A DNA stretch of 64,000 bases from Eukaryota sp. TZLM1-RC. Its lineage: Eukaryota > Protista > Metamonada: BaSk clade. The translations under genes were made by a program, and so were the position numbers. Location: the NCBI GenBank assembly GCA_040285825.1, contig JAUPSS010000004.1, forward strand, positions 6,167,784 to 6,231,783. Reading direction: 5' to 3'. A model generated the notes under the pieces. It saw nothing but the letters and a program-made list of their open reading frames with translations. It made no database searches and was not told the DNA's origin. Shown here in pieces: positions 1-13,000 of the stretch (its first letter is position 1; each line of letters starts with the position of its first letter).

Positions 1-114
1 TAAGTGACTCGACTCGACTCATGAGTCAAACGAGTTGAGTCAACTCGAAACTGAATGAGCAATTCGAAATCCTATCAAGATCAGTGATTCTTCACCAATC
101 ACACTCTCTCCTTC

Positions 115-1651
115 ATGTTTAGAATCACAGCTTTTCTGGCTCTGTGTCTGCTTGCTGTAGCCTCTGCAAGCTACGAAGGACAATCACTTGTTGATGAAAA
201 TGCTATCGGTAGTGGTTTCAAAACCACACTAACCCAACGTGGTGTCAATCATATTCGTGATATTTTGGTAGCTGAAATTCGTAAGAATATCGGAAAGATC
301 ACCATTCCAGATGTTTCAGGCAAAGTTTGGTACATTCTTCTATTTTCTGAACGTAGGAACATCATATTAACTATAAGGTCAAGAATATTAACATTCAAGT
401 TTGTCAGTCACTTCCTCTTACACAAGAATGTTAAGTTTGGTGCGGTACAAGTCGCTAACACGAAATCCGGCGTGAAACTCAGCATCAAGGATATTGCTTT
501 CGATATCAAGTGCAAGTGGTCAATCAAGTATTACAGATTACAGATTTTGAGTGACTAACCTTAGGTATCATGTTGTCAAAGATTCCGGCAAAGTTGACAT
601 TCATATTCGTAACACTAACGTAGGTGTTTCTCTCGATGTCAATGCTGCATCTGATGGTAAACCTTCTGCTAAGTCGCACAGCCCTGAAATGCATATTGGT
701 CATTTAAGTGTAAAATTCCATGGCGGGGTAACCTCCAAATTCATTAACCTCTTCAAAAACACTGTGGCTAAGAAGATTCGTAAGACTGCAGAGTCAAAGG
801 TTAGAGGTCAACTCACCGGCATCCTCAACCAAGCCATAAAGAAGTCTCTTTCCGATGTTCATCCCATCATTCCCATTGACAAGTATGCCGACTTTGATTT
901 GCGATTGTTGAACATCGATTATGCAAAGAATCTCTTCATTAGCCCTGCATTCCATGGTAATTTCCTCTATCATGGCAATAAGAATAGACCTTCTCTCAAG
1001 ACCAACCAAATGCCTTCCCATATCAACGATAGACATGTCCAAATCTTTTTGTCTGAATATGTTTTCAATTCTGGTAGCTATGTTTACTTCCATAAGGGTC
1101 TCATGAAGGAAACTGTCACTGATAAGGATATTCCTCAGTCTAGCTGGATTCATCTTAATACCAAGTCATGGCGCTACATTATCCCTGAAATGTATCAAAA
1201 GTACCCTGATATGCCAATGCAAGCCTCTATTGCCGCACGTGATTACCCCAAATTAACCTTGAACAGTACCAATGTCAAGTTTAGTATTCCTGCCGTTGCC
1301 AATATCTCTGTTGTTACCCCTAATGGAGTTGCCAAAGACCTGGTCTCTGTAGCAATCAATGTAGAAACTGTAGCAAAGATCAAGTTGTCTGGTATGAGAG
1401 TTCATGGTCATATTGATCTTGTTGGCTTCAAGTTCCATGTTTTAAAGTCTGAATTTGTCAAGATTGATGAGAAAGAAATCAACAAGGTTATTAATGATCT
1501 TTGTAAATATGGTGTTGTTCCCTTCTTCAACCCTGCCTTAGAAAAGGGTCTAGAAATTCCTGTTACCAAGGGTGTTACTATCAAGAAACCCACTCTTGAT
1601 TTTGGAAAGGGTTTCGTTGCCATCACTTCTGATATCGATTACAAGTTTTAG
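115..1651 (+). CDS. Secreted LBP/BPI (TULIP) family lipid-binding protein; introns 325-356, 399-426, 528-564
   Basis: Signal peptide; BPI-like N-terminus (GFKTTLTQRGVNHI...ITIPDVSG) and C-terminal BPI2 motifs (IFLSEYVFNS, IIPEMYQKYPD). Removing three GT-AG introns (32, 28, 37 nt) joins ORFs 115 and 551 in frame (GK|EHHINYKVKNINIQ|NVKFG...WSIK|YHVV). Confidence 0.85.
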
Positions 1652-2064
1652 TTATTGTTATGTGTGTATAAATGTTATTTTGTATTTCGGTTGAATTTTT
1701 TTCATTTTTGCTTTTTTGAAGGCGAATATTGCTGAATTGATTTTGAAACATATCAAGTTGATTGTCGTTGCAAAGATCATGAGAAGCAATTTATCAGTCC
1801 TTTTCAATGAGAACAATTCAGATTTGATTACTCTCATAATCAAAATGAAGTATCTAAGAGTCAGTACTGTTAGAGGCATTGGATTTAAAAACTGTGCTTT
1901 CTTTCTTGAAAAGCATCATGTCAGGTAACTTTGGGTGGTCAGAAGTATCTAAGTCCAATTTCTTGTATCTTTGTAGATTTATCTTGATATTAAATTTTCA
2001 TCAAAATACCAAGTATGTACAAGATTTGGGAATATTGCCATTTTGTCCCAACGTTTTTGCAAAC

Positions 2065-3620
2065 ACGGTATTCGAAATTCTATCCACAGTTAAATTATAT
2101 TCAATTGATGCTATCCGTCATTAGGGTTCGTTTTAAGGAAATAATGATGAAATATCCAAAAAATTGTATGAAAATTTGAACACAATTTCCGAAAAAATTG
2201 ACCAAATGTTGAAATTGGATATACAGAAACATATCAAATTAACCATTATAAGACTTTGTTTTTGGTTCCAACTTTAATCATGTATTTTGATCTACAGATT
2301 CTCTTATCACTAATCCCCTTGGACCAGAAGTTTAGTGAATTATATGCTTAAGTCTTTTCACAATTATTGGGATGTAAAATGCTCCAAGTACCTCATCATG
2401 CTTATCTTAGTCTACATTATGGTGGTTTAGGTTGCTGAAAGGACTCTATTCTTACTTCATGTGCGTTTATCGGTGGATGCAGAAATGCAATATTTGAGTT
2501 TTCTGAAAGATTTGCTGATTGGCAAGATTAATTGATGACAACGCAAAGTTCCACTGTTTCTGCATTAAATGAAGAAATTTAAAAAATTGATGTAAAAAAT
2601 GGAGTTGATGCTTTCCCCAATTATTCAATAGCAATACTCATGAATAGATTTGTTTAATTTAAAATACACTCTTCGAACATTACCGAAACGATTGACTGGA
2701 ATATATGAAAATGATCTTTATAATAATCTATGCAGCTGGGCTGTTTTAAATCAAGATCTTCACTCATTGCTATTGAAAGAAGGTGTTTGTGAAAATCAGT
2801 CATCAGATTCTTCACTGTTTGTAACCATACCACGAAGATTTGAACTGTGTGCCACTAATGAAGCGTTTGTTACAAAAATGAGATTAAATTTGAATATTCC
2901 CATTAATCCATTATTATTAAAAGAAAAATGTATTTGTTTGAATTCACCTCAACTTACTTTGCGTCATGCTCTGAATTGTTCTCAATTGATAAGTTATCGT
3001 TCTTCATTACAACATGCTTTTTATGAGAGACTGTTTTTAATATGGCACGAACTGCATGAACCTCGTGTATTAAAGAGCCTCCACTGAAAGAAACATTGTC
3101 ATTGAATAATTTTGGCTCTGATGACAGAAGTGATGTATATTGTGATTGGATGGAGAACTCTGAAGCTGTTGTTGACTTTGTCTCATGTAATGTTGCAAAT
3201 GACACTTTGGTTCAAAGAAGAAAACGTAATCCTGTAAGTGCGCTTGAATTTAAGGCCCAAGAAAAACGTAGAAAACATGGCAAATGTATTGAAGAAGCTA
3301 ATGCTGATAAAAACAAACCACTTGATTTTGTTGCTTTCCAATTTTCTATAAACTTAAGACTATCAGTAGGAGCAGGAACTTTTTAATGATTTCCACAAAA
3401 TGCTTCAAGAAAAAACAATGAAAACATTTGATATCTTTGTAAGGCGGTCTCGAATTCAATTTGTCCTTATTAATAGATTGCCTCGGTTTTTCAATCAAAT
3501 TGGAGAAGTTTTAGCTAGACAGCAAGCAGATCAAGATTTTGTAGGGAAAATCTTGGTTCAATGATAGTCGTCCCAATAGTTATAAGTTTATCTTGTCAAG
3601 TGTGTTTGTTCAATAAAAGT
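2065..3620 (+). mobile_element. 5'-truncated, degenerate CRE-like non-LTR retrotransposon (family A, divergent copy)
   Basis: Fragmented ORFs 2650 and 3096 match the Cys/His knuckle (CIC...HALNC) and RLE region (RSDVYCDW...VDFVSCNVAND) of the other family A copies; ends at AATAAA near 3613. Confidence 0.85.
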
Positions 3621-4639
3621 CTTGCTTCCATTTCTGAAGTTGGTTTCCGAACTGGAAAATTCCTTTGTACTTGGACCAAAACATTCATACTCCATCTTGA
3701 CCGTATTTGATGACATTGATAGTGGAGATAAACCAGTATATTTACAAGAAGTTTAAAAAACTATCCAAAAAAGTATCTTCCACTTTATTAAACAAAGGAT
3801 TTTATATCAATAATTATTGAGAACACCGAAAACACATAAAATTTAAGTAACCCACCAAAGGACAATGTAAGAAAGGAAATATACTATAAAAACCCAGAAA
3901 TTGAAGATGCATGAGATTTCTATTCCTCTGCAGATAAAAAAGGAAAATCAGAATGCCTTGATGAATGAGAGTCATCGCTAGAGGTATTTTCAGTATCAGC
4001 GGGAGCTTGGACAGAATGTTTATGAAAAGGTTTCCTGAGTAGGGTTCTGTGAAAAAGTGTCAAAAGCTGTTCAGGGTGAAGAATCAATGAGCATGTCAAA
4101 AAAATTTCAGCGAGATTGTTTTAACGCCCTACCTTCTTCTAGCATCATGCAGCAAGGCGAGAAAACAGATAACGAGGTTACAAATTCAGTTGCCACCTCC
4201 TTCTTGAACATGTTCTTCGACAGAACAGCAGAGTTCTTCCTCCCGAACACTTCAATCGAGAACAAACCTTCTGCATTGCAGGATTAAACGAAAGGTCAGA
4301 GCCTCGGTTTCTGGATGGAATCGTCGTTTTGACCCGTCCGTGGGGGTTGAGTATGCACTTTTTTGAGTCATCATGTCAATTGTGAGAGGGGTGCTGTTGA
4401 ATCAGCCATGGTTATATTCACTTTAGATATGATATGATTTTCTTGTTTGTGTTTTGTTTTATATTGTTTTTATTTTGAAGATGTTCAGTTTGATGATTAT
4501 GTTGGTACTTATGTTTTCAATCCAGTAGCTTTTAACATCTCCTATAAAAAAACCGATTTTCTGTTGATTGAACAACAGATGGAGATGTTGAAGTAAATCC
4601 TGGTCCCAAAAATGGAAATTAATTAATTAACTGTAAATT

Positions 4640-6769
4640 AATTCCTCTATCCAAAATTATAAAACAAGAAATTTTGGACCACCAAACATCAAAACGTCAG
4701 AAAACAACAAGGACAAAACAACAGAAATCACTGAACTGAGAAATTTGTATTAAGAATACAATGTCGAATGTCGAAAACAGAAAGATTTTGACCATGAAAA
4801 TATTGAATCCGAGTCTGGACAAAAAATTGAGCCAAATCTCAGTGGCTTCAAGCTTAATCCTTTGATTCAATTTAAATCAATGACTAAAAATCAAAATTTT
4901 CCCACTTTTAGGTGTTTTGATCTTGAAATCTATCAGGATGGTCAAATTTTCAGAACCGTGGAGAACCATTTCATCACACCTGATAAAATTATTGATGAAG
5001 TGAGAAAAAAGGGTACAAATCTTTTGGAAAAAACTGATGAGCAAATGATTTGTTTACATTATTTTGAGAAAGTAGATGTGGAAAATGTGTTAGTAGAAAT
5101 GCACAAACTAGGTGGGTACGCAACGCCATTGCCTACTATAATTTCACTATATAGATTTAGACTTTGACATTTCAAAGAAATGTTCTTAGTCGATGATAGA
5201 GATTACTTGAGTTCTTTAAGACTTGTACCTGAAAGTATTTTAAACCTTCTTAATGATGAGTTTTTAAATTTACGTCAACATCATGATATTAGAAACAATG
5301 AACGTGACGAAAACTTTTATGGCATTACAACACCAATGACCTGTGAAATTTAGACTTTAGTCACGGATGAAAGTATGGTTGACATTATGTTTCTAGTTGA
5401 TGTACACTTTCTTGCATATTCTGTTGAGAAAGATCCTTAGATACTCTTCAAAACAGCTCTTGCGATTGCTCAATAGATTGCCCATAGAGAGGGGAAACTT
5501 CATCAAATTACGCCTGCATCAACCACTGTAGGTCCAGGGTATTTTCCAATTGACACAAGAACAATATAGCCAATTATCAAACAAACATTGATGGCTGATT
5601 TGTTGCCTCAACAAAGATTAAAAATGGTCAATATACAAGCCCTAGTTCATAGACTCAAACCATCTGGGCAATCTAACTTTGATTCTAATATTATCGATTT
5701 AAAACAGTGTTCAAACAAAAGATTGTAAATTCAACAATATTATTCACACAAATGGATTTAATATTTCAGTGGAATTTGTTCGCCGGGATTTACAAGGTTA
5801 GAAATGTAAGTTCGACAACAAGGCCAGTATTTCTGATTTATAGATTGATGATGTTGATGTTGATACTGTTCAAGATAAACGAATTGTTGTTTGTGATCCT
5901 GGAAAACGTGATTTATTGTATTTTGGGAGTAAAAAGACTGATGAAGAATTAGCCATGGTGCCTGAACATGAAACTGAACAGCAAAGAAATAGTCGGGTGA
6001 GGAATCAAGACAAGAAGTACAAATGGTTGAGAATGACTCAGATGTCCTGGTCTTTGAAAAGTAGGATGAATGAAAAACAAAAACGATGGGCGACAAAGTA
6101 TACTGAGGTAGATTACGACAGGAACCAACTGATAGAGTCTAACAAAATGACAATTGAAGATGCAAACACCGAATTATCCGCGTTTGCTGCCAATTCAGCA
6201 CCTTTAGATTTTTCCAACTTTGTGATTGCCAAACTTCGGCAAGTTTTTTTGACAATTGACTTTTACAGTCTTGACTTGTGGAGCATTCATAAAATGCAAG
6301 CTTTTATTCAAAAGCAAAAGACTGAAAGTAGGTTATTAAAATATCTTGTGCAGCAGTTTGGCAATCCAAAAGACACTTTAATACTAATGGGTGATTATGG
6401 TAAAAAAGTTCCAAGAATTTGAAGCTTCAGAGACCTACTGGAGGAATTGGTAGGATTCAATTTCTGAAAAGGAATGGATTTGAAGTATTGATGATTAATG
6501 AAGATTTCACTTCAGCAAAATGTGTTATTTGCTTTGAAAAAATTGCTACGTTTTTGAGAGTAACAAGTCCCAGATTCAATAGAAGAGAAACAACTCCTGT
6601 TACTACATGTCATGGTTTATTAGCCTGTAACAGTGACAGTTGTAAAATCAGTAACAAAGGCTCAAGAAAGAATTTCAATAAAAATAAGCCGGCTTGTCTG
6701 AATATGTTTGCAATCGCTGAAGACAGAATGAGTGGTAATGAAAGACCTCAGTTTCTGTGTAGTAGATAG
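4640..6769 (+). pseudogene. Fanzor1 (TnpB-like RuvC nuclease) pseudogene, about 700 codons, with stops and frameshifts
   Basis: Frame readable through stops from about 4640. IIHTNG motif, RuvC-I VVCDPGKRDLL (~5890), ILMGDY, RuvC-II INEDFTS, Zn finger CxxC...C, degenerate RuvC-III (NFNKN for WNRD), terminal ERPQFLCSR. Confidence 0.85.
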
Positions 6770-7004
6770 TTTTTGTAATTATTCCACACGAAAATAGATC
6801 GTGTATTTATTGGAATTTCCCACACAAGAATCTTTTTGAATTTTGAAATAAAAAATTATTATTGTCTACGAAGAAACAAAACAAGACACAACAAATAAAA
6901 ACACATAATAAACTAAATTTTCCACGCCAACTCTTGATGAATCCTTATACAGATTTGACATCATGAAATTCAAATTTTTTTGAATTTGTGAAAATGTCTA
7001 ATTA

Positions 7005-10000
7005 ATGTATTCCCAGATCCAAGCAGCACTCTCATGCGATACTTCTACTGCAGTTAATAGGCTTATAGACATCACATCTTCTCTTTCCAAGCTCTCTCCT
7101 GATGAATTTTCAGCATTATGTAACTTTCTTTTCAAACTCGATTTGTCCACCATCGATGGAGCCGTTTATCCTCATCTATCTACGCTCCTAGCTACAGCCC
7201 TGCTTCAGCAACCGAACCCCTACTCCCACCTTATCTCAATCTGTCAGTATCTCTCTACTCTCCCTGGTGCCCACAATATAGCCGATGCTTTTCTCTCTCA
7301 TTTTCCATCAGTCAACCAAAGCCTTGCTCTCTCCTTAATCAGAGCCATAACCCATATAAGCAATGTTCAAGAAGATCTTCTACCTTTTGTTTCCATTCTT
7401 GGAATATTGTGCTTGAAAGTAGATAGAGCTCTATTTACAAAGTCATTCTGCCAATCAGTATTAATACCCCTATTTGAGTTTTCAGCTTCCTGTTTGACTT
7501 CCACAGTTCCCTTTATTGTTTTAAAAAAGATTTTGTTTTTGTTAGAACAATTGGAGGTTATTCTTTCAGATTTCACTTTTGAAATTTCTGTTAGTGATGA
7601 TTTATTGTCAGAATTGGTTACAATTTTCTCACTGATTTTTCAATTATTTGGATATGATTTAAATAGGCTTCATAATAGTTTGTCAGGACTGGAACCTTCA
7701 AAAGTTGTTGACTCCCTAAAATCATCTGAAGGTCATACAGGTCAAAATTCGACAAGAAGTCTTTTGATTTCTTCACTGCAGCATTTGATTGCAATCACTT
7801 CTTTATTTTCTCAATTTAATTTTAATTTTGTAACTCATTTAATACCTTTTTCTTGCTATTTGTCAATACTTGCAGCTCGGTTGGACCAATTTGACGTTTC
7901 TCTTTTATTGCTAAACAACTTTTCTACTATTTGTCAAAAAGGTCAAACTTTGGAAAAGAGATCAGTTGAGCTCATGTTTGCCACCTTTAATCATCTTGTG
8001 CTACTTTCTGCCTCCAAGCCATTTTCCTTATCCAACAAAATTCAGCAGGATTCTTTGTTCTTCTTTGATAACTGTAATGTAATAGCCGCTGACCTAATCA
8101 AATCTTTATTGAAATTTACTTTTAGATCCAGAAATGAATTTATTTACATGTTCCACAACTATTTTAGTATTGATTGTTACCCAAAAATTGTCATTATCAG
8201 TATTTATTCCAAGTTATTTCTTGTATTGACAGAATTGAATTTGTCCAAGATAATTAGTGGAGATTTAATCATTGAATTGATTAGTCATCTTACTGATCCT
8301 GCTGACGTGATGAGTCTTGCAAAGTCATTATTTTTGGCCATGAAGGAGTCTAAACTTAGTATTTCAGATGATCACTTATCAAAGCTGCTGGACAAATCTA
8401 GAATTTTATTATCAACTGATGCTTACAGTTCTTTTAATAGTTCTTTATATGTTTTTATGCTTGAATTATCAAAGTTTTGTGCTGAAATTAATTGTAATCT
8501 TGTGTCTTTTGCATACTTGAATACAGAATTGGTTGGTTTTTTTGGAAATAATAACTCTAATTTGAGCAATTTTACTTCTATTCGAGAATTGTTTGGGTTA
8601 TTGTTGGTAAATTTACCCCATAATCCTCAAATTTATTTATCTTTTTTCTTTAGATTTTTTTATTTTAATAGAGCTTTATTCAAAGAATTAATGACTTTTA
8701 TTTGTGAATTTCCTGTTTTAGAATTTTCTAGTTACGAAACCATAGCATATTCCACTCCAATCGTTTATCTTGCTGATCTTTACTTGAATTTATCAGAAAC
8801 TCAGACAAATTCCTGGTTTGGAAGAGTTATTTCTCAATTGATTGCTCATCAAAAGCTGTTCAAAATTTCTAGTCGTCTGAATAACCCCTTACCATCAAGT
8901 TTTGATTCTTCTTGTTCTTCAGTTGTGAGTTGTAGCGACTCAATATTTCAAAGACTAGTTTGCCTGCTCACAGAGTTGTTCGGCGATCTTGACAACCGAA
9001 ATATTTTAAACCAATTGGTCACATTGATCTCCACTAACAAATCTAGACTAAAAGTGTTCATTTTCAAACATATTTCCCATTCTAATATTGAAGTTATTTC
9101 CCAAAACGCTTATTTAATAGCCAGTTTTGTTGGAATTGTCGGTAAGTTTGTTATTAAATTTTCTGAACTCGAATTGAGCTTTATTGACTTGAGTGCAGAA
9201 TTTTGTTCATTTTTGACACTTGCTTTTGAAGTAATTTTATCAATTTTTGCTGTTTGTTCTAAATCAATTTATAAATGTAATTCTCCAATAGAAAAAAAGA
9301 CCAAATGTGTCATGTGCTCAAATATTTGCCAATTATTGTTGAACGAATTTTTGGTATTGGCAACTGAATTGAGCTATTCCCTGCTCCTTTTTGACCTGTT
9401 GCCATTGGAATTATCAATAGAATTCTTTGGAAAATGTCTGAACCACGCCATCTTCATAAAGAATATTGAGAAAGTTCCTTCTCTTGATTGGAGTCAAGTA
9501 AGTTATAGTGAAACAAAGTCTTTAATTTGGAGTGAATTACCTGAAACCAACCAAGACCTGTCCAATTTGGCATTTGTTTTGGTATTGTCACTTATTAATA
9601 AAGAATTGACCAGTGCGGATTTAAATTTCTCAATTGTTTCACAACTACGTTGTCTTCATCCCCTTTTACTGTCTGATCTCAGTTCATCAGTAGATCTCTT
9701 CTTGAAAATTTTGAATAAAGAAGAGCTCACTGATCAGGACATGGCAAATATTCCAGAAGACATCTTGGACCACGTCGTTCAGACTTGCCTTTCCTTGCTA
9801 GTTGTTTTGGGCAGGTGTAGCGAAATTAAAACTTTGAGCTCTTTACCCTCTTTTTCTGATCTCTTTACGAATATTTGGGAGTTATTTTCTAATGCAATGC
9901 CTCAGTATATACCCATTGAAGATTTAATGGCAGTGAACAGCGCAATCATTCCGCTTTTGACTTTGCTTGACTGTGAAAATTTGGTTACTGAAATTTTGAA

Positions 10001-13000
10001 CAAAAAACTAACCGTATCACGTCATTTTGATTGCGGTAAGTCGGAACTTTCTTTTTTGATAGCCACCTATCATTTACACAAATACGGACTTAATTTTTGT
10101 CCTCTCTCTACTAGTTCTAATTTAAATACTCTTTTATTTGTAATTGGTCTGAAACATCGCAGTTGTGATCCTACTTCATCATTTAAATATTTATTTTTTT
10201 CAGAAATACCATCAATTAAACCTCCACTTAATCCTGTTTATCAAACTTCCTTGTTTAAATTGAAGAAATATTTGGTGAGTCCTTCTACGAGTTGGACTGA
10301 CTTGACGAATGTTTCACCAAATTTATTTCTTGATTGTTGCTTGGTGGAATTTGTCGCAACTTTGAATAATAATATGGATTTGTTGTGTCAAGTTTTGTTT
10401 CTTAAACTCAATTTTTTGTTAAGCAAATCACCCAAACTTTCAAAAATTTACGATTATGTCAATATTGCCAAAATTTGTCGACAACTTTCTCTTATTGTTG
10501 ATCAACCTACAGTCAAGAATTTTCTCCTTGTGGAAGCTCTTCAAATTCTTCAAAAATTCTTCAATCAATCAAAACTAATTGATGTTGCAATTAAAAGACT
10601 TTTGGAAGTTTTGTTCCATGACCTCTTGGCTATCGACTCTGTAAGTTTAATTAAAAAAATGATTTTTACTTGCCCTTTAGCAATTTCTGTCAATTTCCAT
10701 GTGTTCTTTTCACATTTAGTATCGAAGTTAGGCAGTATTGATGATTTCTCTGCAGATTTTTTATTTGGAGTTGCAAATAACGTGTTCAGTACCTCTAATT
10801 TAGTTCAATTTGGTTGGTTCGTTCCAAGTATTTATTGTTCGTCATCAACAAAAAACGTTGGAATTTGTGATTTTATCACTAAATTACGTCACAAATCCCC
10901 AATAATTGATGATATTATTACTTTTAGGTTATATTTAAATTCATTAGTTAATGATTCTTTAGATATGGTCCATCGTGCCGGAAGTTCTTTCAAATCGTTG
11001 TTTAAGAGCTGTTTTTCCGATTTGCAATTAAAGCTCAAAAATTCAAGTTATTCAAAGCTATCCGATCTTGCTGTTTTGGCTTTTGCTCCATTTTTGTCTC
11101 GGGGTTCCAAATTTTCGGCACAACTCTCCAAATATTCGTCTGATTCCTGTTTATTCAACTCATTTGTAACAGATTTCAATCATTTTGTTGATACTCTGAA
11201 ATCTACAATCCAAGAAATTTCTTCGAAATCAGACCTGTCTAGAGTCCAGTTACTTCAAAGTAGACTCAATGTTCTATTTGAATCTATTCACTACAATTGT
11301 TCAAAACCTCTCAAAATTGATTTGAATTCCATAGAAATCAAAAATCTGTCACTGCCCTTATTATTTATAAATGGTTTATTTACAACGGCCAAGGTTATTT
11401 CAATTGAGCCATTCGCTTCGGCTATCAGCACTCAGACACTGCCACGTGTTATTTCCATGATGACATCATCAGGTGACGTATCATTTTTAATTAAACCTTC
11501 TGATCCAAGTTCGGAAATCACTGCAAACGTTTTTCTCTCTCTTTGTGATTCAGTTTTAACTTTGAATAATTCTTCTAATGTTTATAGCCCTTTGTTAGTA
11601 GGTCTTCCATCGAATTCTGACCTTCACACGTCATCCACAGGGTCATTTATGCTCCCAGGAAACAGCATCATTCGCACCATTGTCCCATTCACCTCACCTA
11701 ATCATTTATCAAAATCAATCAAAAGTCAAGTAAAGTCTTTAAGAGAACGTTGGAATTGTTTAGCTTTTCTGTACTCTACAAGCATGATTACTGATTCTTT
11801 GTGGAATTCCGTTGATTCCTATATGGCATCTGCAATTGCCTCTTGGCTTATTGGTCTAGGGGATCGCCATTTAGGCAATTCTCTTATCACACCCCATGGA
11901 AAAGATAATATTTTTGTAAATATTGATTTTGGTCAAGTTTTAAATAGTTCAAAATTTTTACCAGTCCCAGAAGTGATCTCTGCTCGTCTGTCACCTATCA
12001 TTATTCGCAGTTTTCCCTATTGGAAACGTCATGATTACATTCGTGATATCTCTGCTAATTTCTATCAATATTTAATCAACTCTAGACATTTATTTGAACC
12101 AGTTTTAAATATATTCAAGTCTGATCCACCCAATGTATCATTAGCACTTATCAATAAGTATAAAGGTGTTTCGTCGATTTGTGAAGGTGATTTGAATTCT
12201 TTTTCTGAACTTTTACGATCCTTGTTTGTTTCTGTCAAAACTTTTCTTGACACTAAGGATCAGCTGGATGTCAGTGAATCGAAAATTTCGTCAGCCAAAA
12301 TTTCATTTAGCTCAATAAGGGAACAGTACAAGGAATCTCGCGAGGCTGTTGACAATTTGATATCGCACGTTTCACACTTGTCAACACTGATCTCTTCTGA
12401 TCTTTGTTCCAAAATTTCAGATCCGAAATATGAGAAGCTGATCAATGAAATTCAATATGGTGGCTTATCTGCATTGGCCAAAGTGTCTCCCATTGCCAAA
12501 TCCACCAATATTTCGCAAAAACTGCCACCGGGACTATTTGTTGACCCTTCGACTTTACTTTCCCAAACCAGAAAACTTGTTAGTTCATATCAAAGTATAA
12601 TTAAAATGTTTGGTGTTAAATATTTCGAACTTGTCAAATTTGAGCTCTTTGAAAACGAATTGGGATCTGCTTTGGATTGTCTCCAAAAATCTGATATTGA
12701 TCAAGCTGAAATTTTGATACAGAGCTCGTTTTTTAAAATTTTCCATAAAATCAACAGAGAGACGTGTCCCCAGTTGTATTTTGCTTTTGATCTATTTTCC
12801 CAAAATTTCCGCGTGTCAAACACTCAATTCTCGTACTTTGGATTTCAAGAAGTTGAAATTCAAGTTAGACGCTTTTTACAATCAATCCCTCGAATCAATC
12901 GATCAGATCTAATCAATTTGATTACTTCACTGATTGATCTTGCTCGCTCCAAACAAAAACACATCAATAATGACGCTACCATGGATTTTATTGTTAATTA

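Noticed and set aside
3640-4410. Possible divergent transposase partner upstream of the first Fanzor
   Set aside because: Minus-strand translation is broken and shows no DDE, Y1, serine or tyrosine recombinase motif.
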